Source of the DNA: an uncultured Nitrospiraceae bacterium
GTDB lineage: Bacteria > Nitrospirota > Thermodesulfovibrionia > Thermodesulfovibrionales > UBA6898
Length of the DNA: 64,000 nt
NCBI GenBank assembly: GCA_963811165.1
Contig: CAWEQH010000001.1
Location: forward strand, 512,001-576,000
Direction of reading: 5' to 3'
Position numbers and translations under genes: made by a program. Shown here piece by piece: positions 31,178 to 42,008 of the stretch. Below the pieces are notes generated by a model. That model saw only the letters and a program-made list of their open reading frames with translations. It was not told the DNA's origin and searched no databases. The first letter of the stretch is position 1; every line of letters begins with the position of its first letter.

Positions 31178-32578
31178 TTACTTTATCTTATATTCCTTGA
31201 TCTTTGTCCTGAGGGTGTTACGGTTTATACCGAGGACCCTGGCAGTTTTGAGCTGGTTCCCGTTCGTTTCCCTAAGGACAATGGATATCAGTGCTTTCTC
31301 GACCTCAGAAAGCACGGTGTCATAAAGATTGAAATTAGTGACTTTTGTCATATCTTTCAGATATCTCTTCAATTTTTCTTCCAGGAAGTCCTTGATGGAA
31401 TAAGAGGCATCTTCTTCGATGAGGAGATCTTTTTTTTCAATTACCGTCCCCGTTGAAAGCACGCAGGCCCTTTTTATGACATTTTCAAGTTCCCGGACGT
31501 TGCCGGGCCAGTCGTATTTTAGGAGTGCCGCCTTTGCCTCTTTGGAAAGTTCTTTCTCTCCTGTTTCCAGTTTATTAACGGCATCCCTGAGAAAGAATTT
31601 TGTCAACAGAGGGATGTCCTCCTTCCGCTCTCTCAACCGGGGCAATTTAATCTGGACCACGTTGAACCGGTAGTATAGGTCCTCTCTGAAAAGTCCCTTC
31701 GCAACCTCTTCAGGGAGGTTCTTGTTTGTCGCGCCTATTATGCGGACATCCCCCTTGATAAGGTCATTGCTGCCCAGCGGGCTGAATTCCTTTTCCTCAA
31801 GGAAACGGAGGACTTTTGCCTGCAGACCGGAGTCCATCTCGGCTATCTCGTCAAGAAATAAGGTGCCGCCGCTGGCAGACTCTATCTTTCCTTTCTTATC
31901 GGATACGGCCCCCGTGAAAGCGCCTTTCCTGTAGCCGAAAAGCTCGGACTCGAGCAGTTCCTTCGGGATAGAGGCGGAGTTGATGGCCACGAAAGGGCCG
32001 TGGGAGCGCCTGCTGTTGTAATGGACCGCCTTTGCAACCAGTTCCTTGCCCGTTCCGCTTTCGCCGGTGATAAGGACGGTTATGTCTTTCGGAGCTACTT
32101 TCCCTATGTCCTTGAATACCTTCAATATCCCCGGACTCTTGCCTATCATGTGGGGGCTTTCTGTTTCGTATGCCGCCTTTTTGAGTTCCCGCAGTTCTTC
32201 TCTTAGGGAAAGGTCCCTGAAGGCCTTTTCGATCACTATCTTAAGCTCTTCGATATCGAAAGGCTTCTCAAGGTAGTCGTACGCGCCTTCTTTCATGGCG
32301 GTGATGGTGCTCTGCATCTGGGCGTGCGCAGTGATCATGATGACGACAGCGTCGGGATAAACAGAGCGTATCTCTCTCAGCCCGTCGAGTCCGTTGCCGT
32401 CTGGCAGTATGAGATCGAGGAGGATGACCTGGTGCCCCTCCTGAATTGCCTTGAGACCCGACGAAAGCCTCGTCCGCGAGACAATACCGTGACCGAGCGG
32501 TTCGAGGGCCTTCTTGATGACCCATGTGATGCTCTCGTCATCGTCTATGACTAGGATTTTTTTATCCATTGTGCCCAA
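31178..32578 (-). CDS. NtrC-like sigma54 response regulator
   Basis: Receiver (DDDESITWV), GESGTGKE, GAFTGA, Fis-type HTH LGINRNTLR. Confidence 0.9.
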   Translation of the reverse strand: MGTMDKKILVIDDDESITWVIKKALEPLGHGIVSRTRLSSGLKAIQEGHQVILLDLILPDGNGLDGLREIRSVYPDAVVIMITAHAQMQSTITAMKEGAYDYLEKPFDIEELKIVIEKAFRDLSLREELRELKKAAYETESPHMIGKSPGILKVFKDIGKVAPKDITVLITGESGTGKELVAKAVHYNSRRSHGPFVAINSASIPKELLESELFGYRKGAFTGAVSDKKGKIESASGGTLFLDEIAEMDSGLQAKVLRFLEEKEFSPLGSNDLIKGDVRIIGATNKNLPEEVAKGLFREDLYYRFNVVQIKLPRLRERKEDIPLLTKFFLRDAVNKLETGEKELSKEAKAALLKYDWPGNVRELENVIKRACVLSTGTVIEKKDLLIEEDASYSIKDFLEEKLKRYLKDMTKVTNFNLYDTVLSEVEKALISIVLRETNGNQLKTARVLGINRNTLRTKIKEYKIK

Positions 32579-33599
32579 ACGGTATGTAAATAGAGAAGGA
32601 CGTGCCTTCGCCTACCTGGCTTTTTACGGTGATAAGCCCTCCGTGATCTTTAATGATTTTCCGTGACAAAGCCAGGCCTATGCCGGTGCCGTGTTTCTTT
32701 TTTGTATAAAAAGGAATAAAAATCTTCTGAAGATCCTTTTCCCGTATACCGCTCCCATTGTCCCTTATCGAAATCAAGGCCCACCGCTTTATGCGCCCTC
32801 CCTCCCTGACGGATTCCTTAGAAGGGTAAGTAGAAACTTCCAGCTTGCCCCCCTTTTTCATGGACTCAAGTGCATTTTTTATAATATTCAAAAAGACCTG
32901 GAGGAGCTTCGACTCATCTCCCTTTACTTGTGGAAGGCTTGGGTCATACAGCCTCTTGAGCGTTATCCCTGCGCCCTTTATGGGTACATCCATAATGGAA
33001 AGGGCCTTCTCCATAACCTCATGGATATTCACCTGGTTAAATGCGGGTTTTTTGCAGAGTGTCAGATAGTCGTGGAGAATGGAATTGAGTCTGTCCGTCT
33101 CCTTCACGATGAGATCGACATATTCGTTAATAGGCGCGTTTTTTGCCTTATTACGAAGCAACTGCGCAGCTCCCTTTATTCCACCGAGGGGGTTCTTGAT
33201 TTCATGGGCTATCGAGCCGATAAGGTAGACAAGGGAGTCAAAATCGTATTCTTCCCTTTCCGAGATATTGATATTTTGGGAGATTGACAAGACGGCACCA
33301 TCTATTTTTCCGTTCGAAAAAAAAGGCGAAAGATGGAAATCAATATTGATGAACTGCCCGATATCGAGTCCTACGGACTTGCCTTTGAATGAACGCCCCT
33401 CGCGTATCGTCTTTTTTATGAGGGTTGAGATGGCCTTTTCACTCTCGAATATCTCCGACAATTTTTTCAGCATTATTTCTTTGGAACTCTTCCTCAGTAG
33501 TTCTTCAGCGGTCTTGTTTAAATAGACGATTCTCAGCGTCTTGTCAAAAAGGATGACGGCCTCTTCGAGACTATTTATTATGGCATCGAGCGAGATCAT
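32562..33599 (-). CDS. NtrB-like cytoplasmic PAS histidine kinase
   Basis: AHEIKNPLGGIKGAAQLL, YDPSLP, LLQVFLNIIKNA; typical NtrB/GlnL signatures. Confidence 0.88.
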   Translation of the reverse strand: MISLDAIINSLEEAVILFDKTLRIVYLNKTAEELLRKSSKEIMLKKLSEIFESEKAISTLIKKTIREGRSFKGKSVGLDIGQFINIDFHLSPFFSNGKIDGAVLSISQNINISEREEYDFDSLVYLIGSIAHEIKNPLGGIKGAAQLLRNKAKNAPINEYVDLIVKETDRLNSILHDYLTLCKKPAFNQVNIHEVMEKALSIMDVPIKGAGITLKRLYDPSLPQVKGDESKLLQVFLNIIKNALESMKKGGKLEVSTYPSKESVREGGRIKRWALISIRDNGSGIREKDLQKIFIPFYTKKKHGTGIGLALSRKIIKDHGGLITVKSQVGEGTSFSIYIPFGHNG

Positions 33600-33810
33600 T
33601 GGCGATTATTTTAAGGGAAACGTTCGTTATTTGTTCGTTGGTCGATTATGCGACTACATACGCATAGAGCCGTGCTCCCGGTTTTTGATATGCTAAGACT
33701 TTAGCATACGGAGAATTCCCTTTGCAATCAGATATCCGCTGAGTTTTGCCGTAGGTACCGTGCGGGTAATTATTCTCTTTATAATCAACTATTTCTTCCG
33801 AAAGTTTACA

Positions 33811-33840
33811 TTGACACGTTCTTTATTAAACTGGTAATAT
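33811..33840 (+). promoter_or_regulatory. Sigma70 promoter of the rpsU operon
   Basis: TTGACA-N18-TAATAT with extended TG; GGAGGAG RBS follows. Confidence 0.6.
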
Positions 33841-33877
33841 TGGTGCATTAATTTAAACAGGGAGGAGTGATACATGG

Positions 33878-34075
33878 ATGCCCTCAATACGGGTACGGGA
33901 AAATGACTCGTTCGAAAACGCTCTTAAGAAGTTTAAGAAACAGTGCGAAAAAGAAGGAATTCTTTCTGAGGTAAAGAAAAGAGAGCATTACGACAAGCCC
34001 AGCGTGAAGAAGAAGAAAAAGGCTATCGCGGCACGGAAAAAGGCAATGAAGAGAGTCAAAATGTCGGTGAGGTAA
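33878..34075 (+). CDS. rpsU: 30S ribosomal protein S21
   Basis: [15 protein letters not shown]...REHYDKPS. Confidence 0.97.
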   Translation: MPSIRVRENDSFENALKKFKKQCEKEGILSEVKKREHYDKPSVKKKKKAIAARKKAMKRVKMSVR

Positions 34076-34076
34076 A

Positions 34077-34532
34077 ATGACTTTACTGCAGAAGCTTGAT
34101 GGAGATTTGAAGACAGCATTAAGGGAGTCTGATAAACTTAAGCTTTCTGCAATACGGATGGTTAAGGCTGCGGCCAAGAATCTGCAGATTGAAAAGGGCC
34201 GCGATCTTTCAGACGAAGAGATCCAGTCGGTTATTTCAACGCTCGCAAAGCAAGGAAGGGAGTCGATCGAGCAATTTTCGAAAGGCGGCCGGGAAGACCT
34301 GGCCGATCAGGAGAGGCGCGAATTGGCGGTCCTTCAATCATACATGCCTGAGCAGCTTTCGTCCGCAGCGCTCGACAAGATTATCCTCCAGGCGATACAG
34401 GAGTCCTCAGCCGGGGGCGAAAAAGACATGGGGAAGGTCATGAAGATCCTGATGCCGCGCGTGCGGGGCGTTGCCGACGGGAAGATAGTGAATAACAGAG
34501 TCAAGGAACTTCTCCTGTCCCTCCGCAGATAA
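34077..34532 (+). CDS. GatB/YqeY domain protein
   Basis: ESIEQFSKGGREDLA, YMPEQLS, KDMGKVM, ADGK; follows rpsU. Confidence 0.92.
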   Translation: MTLLQKLDGDLKTALRESDKLKLSAIRMVKAAAKNLQIEKGRDLSDEEIQSVISTLAKQGRESIEQFSKGGREDLADQERRELAVLQSYMPEQLSSAALDKIILQAIQESSAGGEKDMGKVMKILMPRVRGVADGKIVNNRVKELLLSLRR

Positions 34533-34670
34533 TTACGAGCTGTTGAGAAAAATCTCCTGAAAGACTCTTGCCCTCTCATTACACAGCGGCGGTAAAGGGA
34601 AAGATCATCTCTAGACAATTTCTCCTGAGGTTCGTGGTAAAATAACTAAAGAATTTTCCGTGGGGAAGGC

Positions 34671-36350
34671 ATGAAGACTGACAGGCTTCTCGAAGATATA
34701 AAGGCAAAGAGCGATATAGTAGACTTCATATCCTCCTACGTGCAACTAAAAAAGTCGGGACAGAACTGGAAAGGCAACTGTCCCTTTCATTCTGAAAAAA
34801 CCCCCTCTTTTATGGTGAGCCCTTCTAAGCAGATATTCCATTGTTTCGGCTGCAGCGTCGGGGGAGATATTATCACCTTTGTCATGAAACATGAAAACAT
34901 TTCGTTCCAGGAAGCGATAAGTCTGCTCGCAAAGAAGGCGGGTGTGCCGTTGCCGACGGACGGGACGGACAAAAAAGCCTTCCGGAAATATGAGAAGTTG
35001 CGTGATGTACTCTCTGAGGCTGGTCGGTATTATGCGACGAAGCTGAAGGCATCATCGCCGGCGATGGCGTACTTAAAAAACAGAGGAATCGGCCTCGAGT
35101 CCGTAGATATCTTCGGTATCGGATACGCTCCCCAGGGATGGGACAACCTTCTCCGGCATTTGCGCGGAAGCGGCTGTAGCGACACTTTGATAAAAGAAGC
35201 AGGGCTTGCCGTACAGGGGAACAAGGGGCCCTATGATATGTTCAGACACAGGATCATCTTCCCTATAACGAGCATGAGCGGCGGCGTCCTCGCTTTCGGT
35301 GGGCGGGCACTTGACGATTCCGTGCCGAAGTATATCAACTCTCCGGAAACTGCGGTATTTAAGAAATCCGATACGCTTTTCGGCCTCTTTACCGCGAAGG
35401 ATGATATAAGAAAGGGTGGGGGAGTCATTATCGTCGAGGGCTACTTGGACGTCATTATTTGTCACCAGTATGGGTTTAAAAACGTCGTGGCCCCCCTCGG
35501 GACATCGCTTACGTCAGGCCATATCCAGAAACTAAGAACACTCGGCAGTAAGCCCGTGCTTGTGTTTGACGGAGACGCGGCGGGCAAGGCTGCCGCGCGC
35601 CGCGCGCTCGCCCTTGTATGCAAGAATAACTATACCGCGAAGGTCCTCCTACTCCCAGATGGTGAAGACCCAGACAGCTACCTGAGGAAGTATGGCGGGG
35701 AATCCTTCGGGAGACTTCTCAATGACACAAAGACGCTTGTTGATTTTCTTTTCAGCATTTCCCATGGAGAAAAGATAGATGTCGTGAGGGAGGCATTGAC
35801 GCTGATATCGGGGGTCAAGGACCTGCTCTCCGCTGGTGAAATGCTCGGGGAGCTTTCCGAAAGGGCGGGGATAAACGAATCGACAATAAGGGAGGAGTTC
35901 AAAAGGATAAAAGACGGGGGCGTCCGTGCAGTGCCGGGGATCCGTCGCGCGTTTCCTTCTGCGGGGAACGGCGAAGAGTACCTTCTTTTGAGCGCGGTAA
36001 TCGCCTTTCCTGAAAAATCCGACTATGTATTTTCGAGGCTTAATATGGACGATATCGAAGACAAGATTGTTGTCTCACTCTTCAGGAAGATCGCCTCGCT
36101 CGGAGAGATGCGGGACATTACGCAAGTCCTGGATATTGCGGATGAAGAAGAAAGAAAAATGATTACAAGGTTTTCGGTCGAACCGGGCTTTGATCCCGAA
36201 CATGTCGACAAGAGCATAGAGGGGTGCTTCAGGAGGATGGAAAAGAGGAAGCTAGATGAGAGACTACATCTTGCACAGACCTCCGGAGACCCGGTGCTCG
36301 CCAATTCTCTTTTGGTTGAAAAGAGGTCTTTAGAGGGTAAAGGATTATGA
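34671..36350 (+). CDS. dnaG: DNA primase
   Basis: [11 protein letters not shown]...HCFGC zinc finger, [24 protein letters not shown]. Confidence 0.97.
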   Translation: MKTDRLLEDIKAKSDIVDFISSYVQLKKSGQNWKGNCPFHSEKTPSFMVSPSKQIFHCFGCSVGGDIITFVMKHENISFQEAISLLAKKAGVPLPTDGTDKKAFRKYEKLRDVLSEAGRYYATKLKASSPAMAYLKNRGIGLESVDIFGIGYAPQGWDNLLRHLRGSGCSDTLIKEAGLAVQGNKGPYDMFRHRIIFPITSMSGGVLAFGGRALDDSVPKYINSPETAVFKKSDTLFGLFTAKDDIRKGGGVIIVEGYLDVIICHQYGFKNVVAPLGTSLTSGHIQKLRTLGSKPVLVFDGDAAGKAAARRALALVCKNNYTAKVLLLPDGEDPDSYLRKYGGESFGRLLNDTKTLVDFLFSISHGEKIDVVREALTLISGVKDLLSAGEMLGELSERAGINESTIREEFKRIKDGGVRAVPGIRRAFPSAGNGEEYLLLSAVIAFPEKSDYVFSRLNMDDIEDKIVVSLFRKIASLGEMRDITQVLDIADEEERKMITRFSVEPGFDPEHVDKSIEGCFRRMEKRKLDERLHLAQTSGDPVLANSLLVEKRSLEGKGL

Positions 36351-37927
36351 AAGAACAAGAGGACTATTTCGAAGATTATGAAGAAGACGGGCCTCAGATT
36401 AACGAATTTGAACCGGAATATGAGGAAGGAGTCGAAAAAGAAGAGGAGTCTAAACACAGGGAAACACTGTTTCTGGATGGCGACCAAGATCCAATAAGGA
36501 TTTACTTAAAGGAAATGGGCGGCGTGCCCTTGCTGACCAAAGAAGGCGAGATCGAGATTGCCAAGAGAATAGAGAGGGAAAAGGAAAAGGTCGCCAGAAT
36601 CATTTTTTCCCTTCCCTTCGTCTTAAGCAAGCTCATTACGCTTGGAGAAATGGTCGAAGTCGGTGAGGCTCCCCTCGAGGAGATCATATTAAACGGCGAA
36701 GATGAAGTAGAGGAAGACCTTATCATGGAGAGGAAAAAGTTTTCAGAGATCGCCTTGCTATTGAAACCGCTTCGCGACAGCCGGAAAACACTTCTCAAAA
36801 ATGTGAGAGATGCCGGAGGTGTCCTTCGGGAGAATGATGAAAAGGTCCTTGAGGACAATCTCGAACAGATCCTCGACCAAATAAGTCGACTGAATTTGAA
36901 GGACGATGTAATCCTGGCGTTTTCTGAGGAAATCAAAAAAGCAGTTCTAGATATCAATGATCTTTACATGAGGATGTCCTCTGCGCAAGAGAAGGCACAG
37001 TCTCGGGCCGGCGACATCAAAAAGATCCGGGAGGCTTCCGATGTGAGTGACAAAGACGCTGAGGAAGAAATTGCCGGTCTCCTTGCAGAAGCGTCGGCAT
37101 GCAGGCTGGAAATCGAAAAGAAAGAGAATTTTTTTGATATAAATAATGGTGAAATGGGAAAGACGGCGGCGATTTTAGAAGAAGGGGAGAAGGCTATTCG
37201 AGAGGCCAAGAACGCTTTGATAGAAGCAAACCTCAGACTTGTGATAAGTATAGTCAAGAAACACTTGGGCAGAGGACTCGGGTTTTCCGATTTGATTCAG
37301 GAAGGGAATGTCGGCCTGATGAAGGCCGTCGACAAGTTCGAATACCAGAGGGGATATAAGTTTAGCACGTATGCCACGTGGTGGATAAGGCAGGCGATTA
37401 CAAGGGCGATCGCGGAACAGTCAAGGACGATCAGGATCCCCGTGCACATGGTCGAGGCGGTCAATCGAATGATAAAGGCGATACAGGAACTTGTTCAGGA
37501 AAAGGGAAGGGAGCCCTCAACGGAGGAAATCGCAGAAAAGATGAAGATACCGGCTGACAAAGTAAGGGTCATGCTGAAGATTTCGAAGGAGCCCATTTCG
37601 TTGGAGACCCCGATTGGGGAGGATGAAGACAGTCACATCCGTGATTTTATTGAGGACAAATCGGTATTGTCTCCTCTGGATATCGCAATGCAAGGTGACA
37701 TGAAAAAGAATATCGACAAAGCGCTTTCTTCCCTGACCGCACGCGAACAGAGTATCATCAGGAAGAGGTTCGGTCTCGGTGAAGACACCCCCCATACCCT
37801 GGAGGAGGTCGGACTCGAATTTGATGTTACCCGCGAACGGGTGAGGCAGATTGAAGTGAAGGCAATCAGGAAATTGAGGCACCCGTCAAGAAGCAAATGG
37901 CTTAGGACCTTCATCGAGAGTCCTTGA
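36347..37927 (+). CDS. rpoD: RNA polymerase primary sigma factor (sigma70)
   Basis: [45 protein letters not shown]; follows dnaG. Confidence 0.94.
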   Translation: MKEQEDYFEDYEEDGPQINEFEPEYEEGVEKEEESKHRETLFLDGDQDPIRIYLKEMGGVPLLTKEGEIEIAKRIEREKEKVARIIFSLPFVLSKLITLGEMVEVGEAPLEEIILNGEDEVEEDLIMERKKFSEIALLLKPLRDSRKTLLKNVRDAGGVLRENDEKVLEDNLEQILDQISRLNLKDDVILAFSEEIKKAVLDINDLYMRMSSAQEKAQSRAGDIKKIREASDVSDKDAEEEIAGLLAEASACRLEIEKKENFFDINNGEMGKTAAILEEGEKAIREAKNALIEANLRLVISIVKKHLGRGLGFSDLIQEGNVGLMKAVDKFEYQRGYKFSTYATWWIRQAITRAIAEQSRTIRIPVHMVEAVNRMIKAIQELVQEKGREPSTEEIAEKMKIPADKVRVMLKISKEPISLETPIGEDEDSHIRDFIEDKSVLSPLDIAMQGDMKKNIDKALSSLTAREQSIIRKRFGLGEDTPHTLEEVGLEFDVTRERVRQIEVKAIRKLRHPSRSKWLRTFIESP

Positions 37928-38022
37928 CTAAAAGAAGGCGTGGATTTATATTAATAGGCTACGGATATTTTCAGGGAAGGCGGTCAATAGTTCAGTCGTC
38001 TTTCCTTTGGTTTTGTTTTGCA

Positions 38023-38098
38023 GGGCCCATAGCTCAGCTGGTAGAGCTACCGGCTCATAACCGGTTGGTCCCAGGTTCGAGTCCTGGTGGGCCCACCA
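38023..38098 (+). tRNA. tRNA with CAT anticodon, probably tRNA-Ile2 (lysidine)
   Basis: Cloverleaf GGGCCCA...TGGGCCC-ACCA, loop CTCATAA. Paired first base argues against fMet. Ile2 rather than elongator Met is inferred from sequence and position after rpoD. Confidence 0.9.
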
Positions 38099-38114
38099 TA
38101 TCCCTGGAGGACTG

Positions 38115-38837
38115 GTGAAAGATCTTATCAAACATCTTGTAAATCTGCAGGAAACAGACACACGCATTATCGAGAAACGTTTTTTCATTGGAAAGGTCCC
38201 TCTTCGAATTTTTGAGGTCGACGAGCCTTTCAAGCAGGCAAAGGCTGAACTCGAGAAGATGAAACAAAGGAGCGAGGCGCTGGCAAAGAAGAAACGTGAC
38301 AAGGAGCGGCTACTTGAAGAGACCAATGAAAAAATCAACAAAATGAAGACGAGGGTTTCAGACTTAAAGACGAATAAGGAATATCAGGCCCATCTGAAAG
38401 AGATAGAGGTTTTTCAAAAGGAGATCGAAGGGATAGAAGAAGAAATACTGGTCGTCATGGAAGAGCTCGATGTCGCGACGAAACAACAGAGGGGCAAGGA
38501 AGAAAATGTAAACAGGGAAGCGGAAAAGCTGGACGTCTTCAAAAAGGAGCTGGACGAAGAAGTCGGGGAGATAAAGAAGGAATTGTCCACACTAGAGGAA
38601 CAGAGGGCGAAGGTGATTGGATCAATTGAGCCCGATATTTACGACAAGTATATGATGCTTCTGAGAACAGGAAGCGGAGTTGCAGTAACGCAGGCGAAGG
38701 ATGAGCTCTGCACCGGCTGCAACATGAACATACCGCCTCAGCTGTATGTTGAGATCAAAAAAAACGAGCAAATCATTCAATGTCCCCAGTGCCTTCGGAT
38801 ACTCTACTCTCTCGAATCTGATGAAAATGGTGGTTGA
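38115..38837 (+). CDS. Coiled-coil C4-type zinc-ribbon protein (DUF164-like)
   Basis: Long charged coiled coil then CTGC...CPQCLRILY; GGAGG RBS before GTG. Confidence 0.9.
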   Translation: MKDLIKHLVNLQETDTRIIEKRFFIGKVPLRIFEVDEPFKQAKAELEKMKQRSEALAKKKRDKERLLEETNEKINKMKTRVSDLKTNKEYQAHLKEIEVFQKEIEGIEEEILVVMEELDVATKQQRGKEENVNREAEKLDVFKKELDEEVGEIKKELSTLEEQRAKVIGSIEPDIYDKYMMLLRTGSGVAVTQAKDELCTGCNMNIPPQLYVEIKKNEQIIQCPQCLRILYSLESDENGG

Positions 38838-38884
38838 TAAGCCCTAATAGAATGTTATATAATAATTAAAATTTATTATAGACT

Positions 38885-39297
38885 GCCGAAGCAGAACAGA
38901 TGGTCGCCCGCCGGAAGGCGGGAGGAAAGTCCGAGCTCCAAAGGGCAAGGCGCTCTGTAACGCAGAGTCCCGGTGACGGGAAGGAAAGTGCCACAGAAAG
39001 GGAAACCGCCCTGTATGTCAGGGTAAGGGTGAAAAGGTGCCCGCCTCGGCGGGTCTGCCGGAATTGGGCAGAAGGTAAGAGCTCACCAGTGCCTCGGGTG
39101 ACCGGGACAGCTAGGAAAACCCCGCCTGGAGCAAGGTCAAATAGGTTCCGCTTTGAGAGGGGCCCCTTCAAATCCCTTACGTTTCAGGGTGGCGGAACGG
39201 GTAAGGCCGCTAGACCCCGGCAATATGTGCGGGGCTAAGATGAATGACCATGACCCGGTCAACGGGAGACAGAACTCGGCTTATGGGCTGCTTCGGC
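38885..39297 (+). ncRNA. rnpB: RNase P RNA, bacterial type A
   Basis: P1 GCCGAAGCAG/CTGCTTCGGC, GAGGAAAGTCCG, GAAAGTGCCACAGAAA, GGAGCAAG, ACAGAACTCGGCTTA. Confidence 0.95.
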
Positions 39298-39336
39298 AAT
39301 ATAACAGGACCCTTGAAGGGTCTTTGAGAAGGCGGT

Positions 39337-40245
39337 ATGGACGACCATAAATTAAAAGTTTTTTGCACTGTGGCGGAGACAAAAAGTTTTTCCAAGACTT
39401 CGGAGATCATTCACTTGACCCAGCCGGCAGTCAGCCTTCAAATACAGGCGCTCGAAGAAGTCTACGAAACAAAGCTTTTTGACAGGTCAAGCAGTACTGT
39501 TACCTTGACGCCAGCCGGCGAAATCCTCTACCGATATGCCAAGGAAATCCTGAGCCTCTATTCGAATGCGGAAAAGGACATAGGAGAGCTTATCGGCCTT
39601 GTAAAGGGCAGCATCAGCATCGGCGCAAGTTCGACAATAGGTAATTATCTCTTGCCCGGCGTCATTACCGATTTCAAAAGGGCTCATCTGAAGATCAAGG
39701 TCCATCTCCTCGTTGGCAATACGAAGAGGGTGGTAGAGCTTCTTAACTCAGGGAATATCGACCTGGGCCTTGTCGAAGGTGATGTCACCAGGCAGAAGAT
39801 GGTCGTTGAAAAACTTATACCGGACGAACTCCTGCTCGTGGTCCCTTCCTACCACCCCTGGGCAAAGAAAAAAGATATTTCAATAGGGGAACTTACGAAG
39901 GAACCTTTTATTTTCAGAGAAGGAGGATCAGGCACACGGCAGATGATAGAGAAGTTTCTCGCCAAGCATGGAATAACGCCGCAGGACATGAAGATATCTA
40001 TGGTCCTCGGGAGTACCGAAGCGATAAAGGAGGCTGTTGAAAACGGTCTCGGTGTGTCCATTCTCTCCCGGTGGGCAGCGCGTAAGGAGATCAAATACGG
40101 AAGCCTTCACCTCATTAGGATCAAAGAGGAAAAAGTGCTGAGGGAGTTTTCACTGATAATCAATAAGAATTCTGTCTCGTCGCATGCGGTCGACGAGTTT
40201 CTGACCTATCTAAAATCCTATCCCTTTGAAAAGCTTCTAAACTGA
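39337..40245 (+). CDS. LysR-family transcriptional regulator (CysL-like)
   Basis: HTH SFSKTSEIIHLTQPAVSLQI, GASSTIGNYLLP, REGGSGTR. Confidence 0.93.
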   Translation: MDDHKLKVFCTVAETKSFSKTSEIIHLTQPAVSLQIQALEEVYETKLFDRSSSTVTLTPAGEILYRYAKEILSLYSNAEKDIGELIGLVKGSISIGASSTIGNYLLPGVITDFKRAHLKIKVHLLVGNTKRVVELLNSGNIDLGLVEGDVTRQKMVVEKLIPDELLLVVPSYHPWAKKKDISIGELTKEPFIFREGGSGTRQMIEKFLAKHGITPQDMKISMVLGSTEAIKEAVENGLGVSILSRWAARKEIKYGSLHLIRIKEEKVLREFSLIINKNSVSSHAVDEFLTYLKSYPFEKLLN

Positions 40246-41859
40246 TCAATCCGCTTCCCGTTTTGCATATATCCTGAAGTCCGCGTCCTTGAAGATGTTG
40301 TTCTTTTGTTCCAGACGCAAAAGGTTAGCTTTGTCTATGTTGCCGGAGGAGATATCCCTATGCAAGTCCAGGAAGTTTTTCATGTGTTCCCGAAACTTGT
40401 GTTCCGCAAAGGCTGCGGCGTTGTCCGTCTTCATCATGAACGGCCAGTCGCTTGACTGCGCCAGAAGGAGTTCCCGCAAAGCCTGATTGAGCGCTCTTCT
40501 GAGAAGTCCCCGCGCATGTATATTCCTGAGGGAAGCGCCGGCGAGAAGTTTTGCGGCCCTGTGCAGGTGTTTATATATCCAGTGGTTGGAGGAATGTATC
40601 CACGTTGAACCGTATCCCTTGTCTCCCCAACTCGATGCAGAGGGCATGACCGATTGAATTTCGCCGTGCCCCGAAATGTATTCCGAGGGCGTAGTAAACC
40701 GAAATGAATTTTTTTTGTGATGACCACCTTTGAGAAATGACCTGAGCCATTCCGGTCCTTCAAACCACCAGTGGCCGAAAAGTTCGGCGTCGTAAGCCGC
40801 GGTGATGACAGGAGGTATCTTTAGATGTTCACCGAGAAACCTTACCTGTTTATTCTTTTCGGAAACAAAGTGATCCGCGTGGATCCTTGCCTTCTTAAGC
40901 GCACGTTTCGGGACATAGGGCTGCTTCCCGCCCGCACTGCCCGTGATACGGTAATACTTGAAGCCGGTAAAGGTCCGGACACCTGCGGGGAGGTAGGGCT
41001 TGAGGTATTCGTCGTCAAGATCGAAGCCTATATCCCGGTAAAAATCTCTGTAGTCGCAATCCCCAGGGTAACCCCCGATTGAGCTCCAGACTTGCCGGGA
41101 AGACTCCACGTCACGCGAAAAGGCGACAACCCCTGCCGGGGTTCTCACAGGCGCATAAATACTGTGTGTGCTTGCAGGGGTACTGTTGAGTATCCCGTGA
41201 CTTTCGAGGAAGAAGTACTTTATTTTAGTCTTTCCCAATATTTCATCGAGGGCCGGGACAAAACCGCATTCGGGGAGCCAGAGGCCCTCCGGTTTTTTCC
41301 GGAATGTCTTATAGTGATGGTCGACCCCAAGCCGTATCTGTGCCTCAGCCGCGAGGGGCATTGTGATTAAGGCGGGCAAGAATGCGTGAGTGGCGGCGCT
41401 TGTAATCAGCTCAACTTTGCCAGAACTCGCTAACGCCCCGAATGCCGAGATCAGGTCTTTCTTGTATACTTCTTGGAAGAGGTACCGTATTCGGGTGAAC
41501 CGGCGCTGGTACATCCTTGAGAGGGGCTTGATGGCCGAGCGACCACGGTTTCTAAAGACTTCCTTTTCAGCAAGGTCTATAAGGTTGTCAAGATATTGTT
41601 CGTATCTTGCCATTAACAGTGCGTCGCGGATCATCTCTGTCAGCGTGGGGGTAAGGGAAAGAGTTATTCTGAAATCGACGTTGTCGGACAATAAGTCCCC
41701 CAACATCTCGATCAAGGGTATATAGGTCTCCGTGATAGCTTCGTAGAGCCATCTTTCTTCCAGGTGACGAGTGTGTTCAGGATAGCGGATATAAGGCAGG
41801 TGAGCGTGCAGCACGAGCAAGAGATAGCCTGAGGGTCCTGGTGAAGGCGAAATTCGCAT
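40246..41859 (-). CDS. GH57-family 1,4-alpha-glucan branching enzyme (DUF1957)
   Basis: LHAHLPY, ETYIPL, WLPECG, YDAELFGHWWFEG, AQSSDW. Confidence 0.92.
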   Translation of the reverse strand: MRISPSPGPSGYLLLVLHAHLPYIRYPEHTRHLEERWLYEAITETYIPLIEMLGDLLSDNVDFRITLSLTPTLTEMIRDALLMARYEQYLDNLIDLAEKEVFRNRGRSAIKPLSRMYQRRFTRIRYLFQEVYKKDLISAFGALASSGKVELITSAATHAFLPALITMPLAAEAQIRLGVDHHYKTFRKKPEGLWLPECGFVPALDEILGKTKIKYFFLESHGILNSTPASTHSIYAPVRTPAGVVAFSRDVESSRQVWSSIGGYPGDCDYRDFYRDIGFDLDDEYLKPYLPAGVRTFTGFKYYRITGSAGGKQPYVPKRALKKARIHADHFVSEKNKQVRFLGEHLKIPPVITAAYDAELFGHWWFEGPEWLRSFLKGGHHKKNSFRFTTPSEYISGHGEIQSVMPSASSWGDKGYGSTWIHSSNHWIYKHLHRAAKLLAGASLRNIHARGLLRRALNQALRELLLAQSSDWPFMMKTDNAAAFAEHKFREHMKNFLDLHRDISSGNIDKANLLRLEQKNNIFKDADFRIYAKREAD

Positions 41860-41901
41860 GATGAAGAAATGATACACGATACGCAGGGAGAGGGCAAGAT
41901 G

Positions 41902-41935
41902 GGTATTGGGTCAGTGTTTAGGCTGACCCAATACC
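41902..41935. repeat. Perfect 13-bp hairpin (GGGTCAG family) between divergent genes
   Basis: GGTATTGGGTCAG-N8-CTGACCCAATACC. Confidence 0.8.
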
Positions 41936-42008
41936 ACAAATGAAAGCGTTTGCAAAAGGCGAAAGAAAAATGCAAAATGTCAGCGACACATGGAGGACCG
42001 CACCGGAT

